A stretch of DNA of 45,683 bases from Gemmatimonadales bacterium (lineage in GTDB: Bacteria; Gemmatimonadota; Gemmatimonadetes; Gemmatimonadales; GWC2-71-9): positions 1-45,683 of the forward strand of contig JBFJHJ010000027.1 of the NCBI GenBank assembly GCA_041613315.1, given 5' to 3'. Shown piece after piece: positions 43,859-45,683 of the stretch. A program made the translations under genes and the position numbers. The notes beneath the pieces were generated by a model. It was not told the DNA's origin. It saw only the letters and a list, made by a program, of their open reading frames with translations, and did not search any database. Positions within the stretch are counted from its first letter, which is position 1; each line of letters starts with the position of its first letter.

Positions 43859-45682
43859 CTAGAACCGCTGCACCAGCGTCAGTAAGACGCTCCGCGGGGC
43901 GCCGGGGTTTCGCTCCTGGACGTCGGCGTACTTCTCCTGAAACAGGTTCGCGATCTTCGCCTGCAGGTCCAGACTCGCGAGCCGGTATCCGAGCCGCAGA
44001 TCCACCAGCGTGATCGCGCCGCGGTCGTCGAGCGGATACACGAGGACGCGTTGGACGCGACTCCGGTACCGGAGGTCGACGGCGACGAGTCCGCCGTCGA
44101 GCGTAGCCGTGAGGTTGTGCGCCGATCGGTAGGGCAGGTGCTCGCCGCTGCGCCGGTCCCGCGTGTCCAACAGCGTGTAGGTGACGGCGAAACTCAGGCG
44201 ATCCGGCACGACCCCCACCTCGGTCCCCAGGTCGAGCCCTCGGACCCGTGCGCGTGCCACGTTGCCGAACTGGAACGTGAACAGCTGACCGGGCACGGGC
44301 GTGGGCTCGATGAGATCGACGAATTCGCTGTGAAACAACGCGGCATCGAGCGTGAGGCGGCCCGAGACGGCCGTGGTCACGCCGATCTCGCCTCCCCACG
44401 AGGTCTCTCCCTGCAGAGCGGGATTCGGGATCACGCGAAAGTTGAACAGGGTCGTCGAGACGAACTGCTCTACGGCGCTGGGCGCCCGGTATCCCCGCGC
44501 GAATGACACGCGGAGGCTGGTCTGGGCCGACGGCGCGTACACGAGGCCGACTTTGGGACTCACCGCGAACTCGTCCGCCGATCCCTCGGCTGCCCGGCGG
44601 TCCAACCGGACCCCGAACGAGGTGCGGACGTGGTCCGACAGCGCGATCTCGTCCTGGACGAACGCCGCCAGATCGTAGAGATCGGGCGTCCCGAGAAAGT
44701 TCGACCGGACGCCGGTCCAGATCGCTTCCGTGCCGGCAGTGACGGCATGGCCGGAGAACGGATTGAAGGACGCCTGCGCGTCAAGACCCAGGCGAGTGGT
44801 GCGGTGGAAGTTCTGATTGTCGTGGTAGTAGTTCTGGACGGCATTGCGTTGCAGGTGCGGGCGAAGGCGGATGAGGAGGCTCTGCGTCGCGACCGGCGTC
44901 ACCGTGGCGCCCACGTTCAACTTGTCCGACCGCACCCAGTCCCCCACGGCCTCGGGCGGGTCCACGTCGTACGGCCGGTCGCTCGCGCGCCAAGTCACGA
45001 ACTCGCCGTGATCCTCCCGCGCCCACACCGCGTAGACCTCCCACGCGGTCGGACTCGTCACCGGCAGCACCAGCTTGCCACGGAGGAACCACCGGGAGTA
45101 ATCGCCGTTCTGGTGGAAGCCGTCCGACGTCTTCCGGCCTGCGGCGAGTTGCGCGCCAACGGCTCCCAACCGACGCGCGTGCTGGATGTCCACACCCTGG
45201 AGGCTCAGCGTCTCGTCCGTGAAGCGGAACAGCATCGGCGGATCGTAGATGCCGAGGTGGGTCTTGATCGCCGTCGTCGGCCGCTCGGGAATGGACTTCG
45301 TGATCAGGTTGACCACGCCGCCCAACGCGTTGCTCCCGTACAGCGTGGACAGTGGTCCCTTGACGAGCTCGATGCGGTCGATGTCGAGCACGGGGAGCAG
45401 GTCGTAGTTGATGCTCCCGTCGGCGCCGGCCAGGACCCGATGGCCGTCCAGGAGCATGAGCACCCGGCTGCCGACGCCGCGCGCGAGCCCTGTCGCGCCC
45501 CGAATGTCGAGCTGCCCGCTGTTGATGATGACGCCGGGCACGAACGGCAGAGCGTCCTCGACCGTGACTACGCTGCGCCGCTGGATCGCCGAGTCGCTCA
45601 GCACGGCGACGCTCGCGGGGGTATCGCCGGGCCGGGCCGCGGACCGGCTGGCCGTCACCACGACGCCCGGCAGCTCGAACGC
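43859..45682 (-). CDS. TonB-dependent receptor (BtuB/CirA-like), 5' end outside the window
   Basis: The frame is open to the window edge; TonB box ELPGVVVTAS; plug IRG, IDRIELVKGP.STLYGSNALGGVVNLIT; RGYRAPS; NLFQEKY; C-terminal Phe. Confidence 0.92.
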   Translation of the reverse strand, partial: AFELPGVVVTASRSAARPGDTPASVAVLSDSAIQRRSVVTVEDALPFVPGVIINSGQLDIRGATGLARGVGSRVLMLLDGHRVLAGADGSINYDLLPVLDIDRIELVKGPLSTLYGSNALGGVVNLITKSIPERPTTAIKTHLGIYDPPMLFRFTDETLSLQGVDIQHARRLGAVGAQLAAGRKTSDGFHQNGDYSRWFLRGKLVLPVTSPTAWEVYAVWAREDHGEFVTWRASDRPYDVDPPEAVGDWVRSDKLNVGATVTPVATQSLLIRLRPHLQRNAVQNYYHDNQNFHRTTRLGLDAQASFNPFSGHAVTAGTEAIWTGVRSNFLGTPDLYDLAAFVQDEIALSDHVRTSFGVRLDRRAAEGSADEFAVSPKVGLVYAPSAQTSLRVSFARGYRAPSAVEQFVSTTLFNFRVIPNPALQGETSWGGEIGVTTAVSGRLTLDAALFHSEFVDLIEPTPVPGQLFTFQFGNVARARVRGLDLGTEVGVVPDRLSFAVTYTLLDTRDRRSGEHLPYRSAHNLTATLDGGLVAVDLRYRSRVQRVLVYPLDDRGAITLVDLRLGYRLASLDLQAKIANLFQEKYADVQERNPGAPRSVLLTLVQRF

Positions 45683-45683
45683 C

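Noticed and set aside
1..45683. CRISPR arrays, IS elements, prophage genes, rRNA/tRNA
   Set aside because: No regularly spaced repeats, transposase, integrase, phage genes or structural RNA signatures were seen; nearly all sequence is accounted for by CDSs.

Overview
A very GC-rich, gene-dense bacterial chromosomal window with about 30 protein-coding genes. I could not support any rRNA, tRNA, CRISPR array, integrase or transposase. Gene content and style (SusC/SusD pair, secreted S9/M20 peptidases, PIG-L protein, eukaryotic-like kinases) suggest Gemmatimonadota, but that is inference. From left to right: S9 peptidase; degenerate PRTase; secreted PIG-L deacetylase; Fe3+/thiamine-type ABC importer plus MFS; minus-strand amidohydrolase, M20 peptidase, alpha/beta hydrolase and DUF4332-type membrane protein; ABC-2 exporter; TetR-TolC-MFP-RND efflux operon with visible operators; nitrilase-family enzyme plus methyltransferase; SusC-SusD followed by a barrel-less, TonB-box-less SusC plug paralog; a divergent module (tandem pseudokinase-kinase and a dead NfeD-like secreted protein on one side, an FHA-TM-coiled-coil-trypsin protease and a GH38 on the other); a second S9 peptidase; a hypothetical gene with a sigma54-type promoter; a quinone oxidoreductase; and a 5'-truncated TonB-dependent receptor. 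The best candidate for an undescribed system is the 32.4-36.9 kb pseudokinase-kinase / FHA-membrane-protease module, which looks like inside-out phospho-control of an extracytoplasmic protease. All calls come from reading motifs by eye; no database searches were run, and start codons were adjusted by hand from the ORF track.
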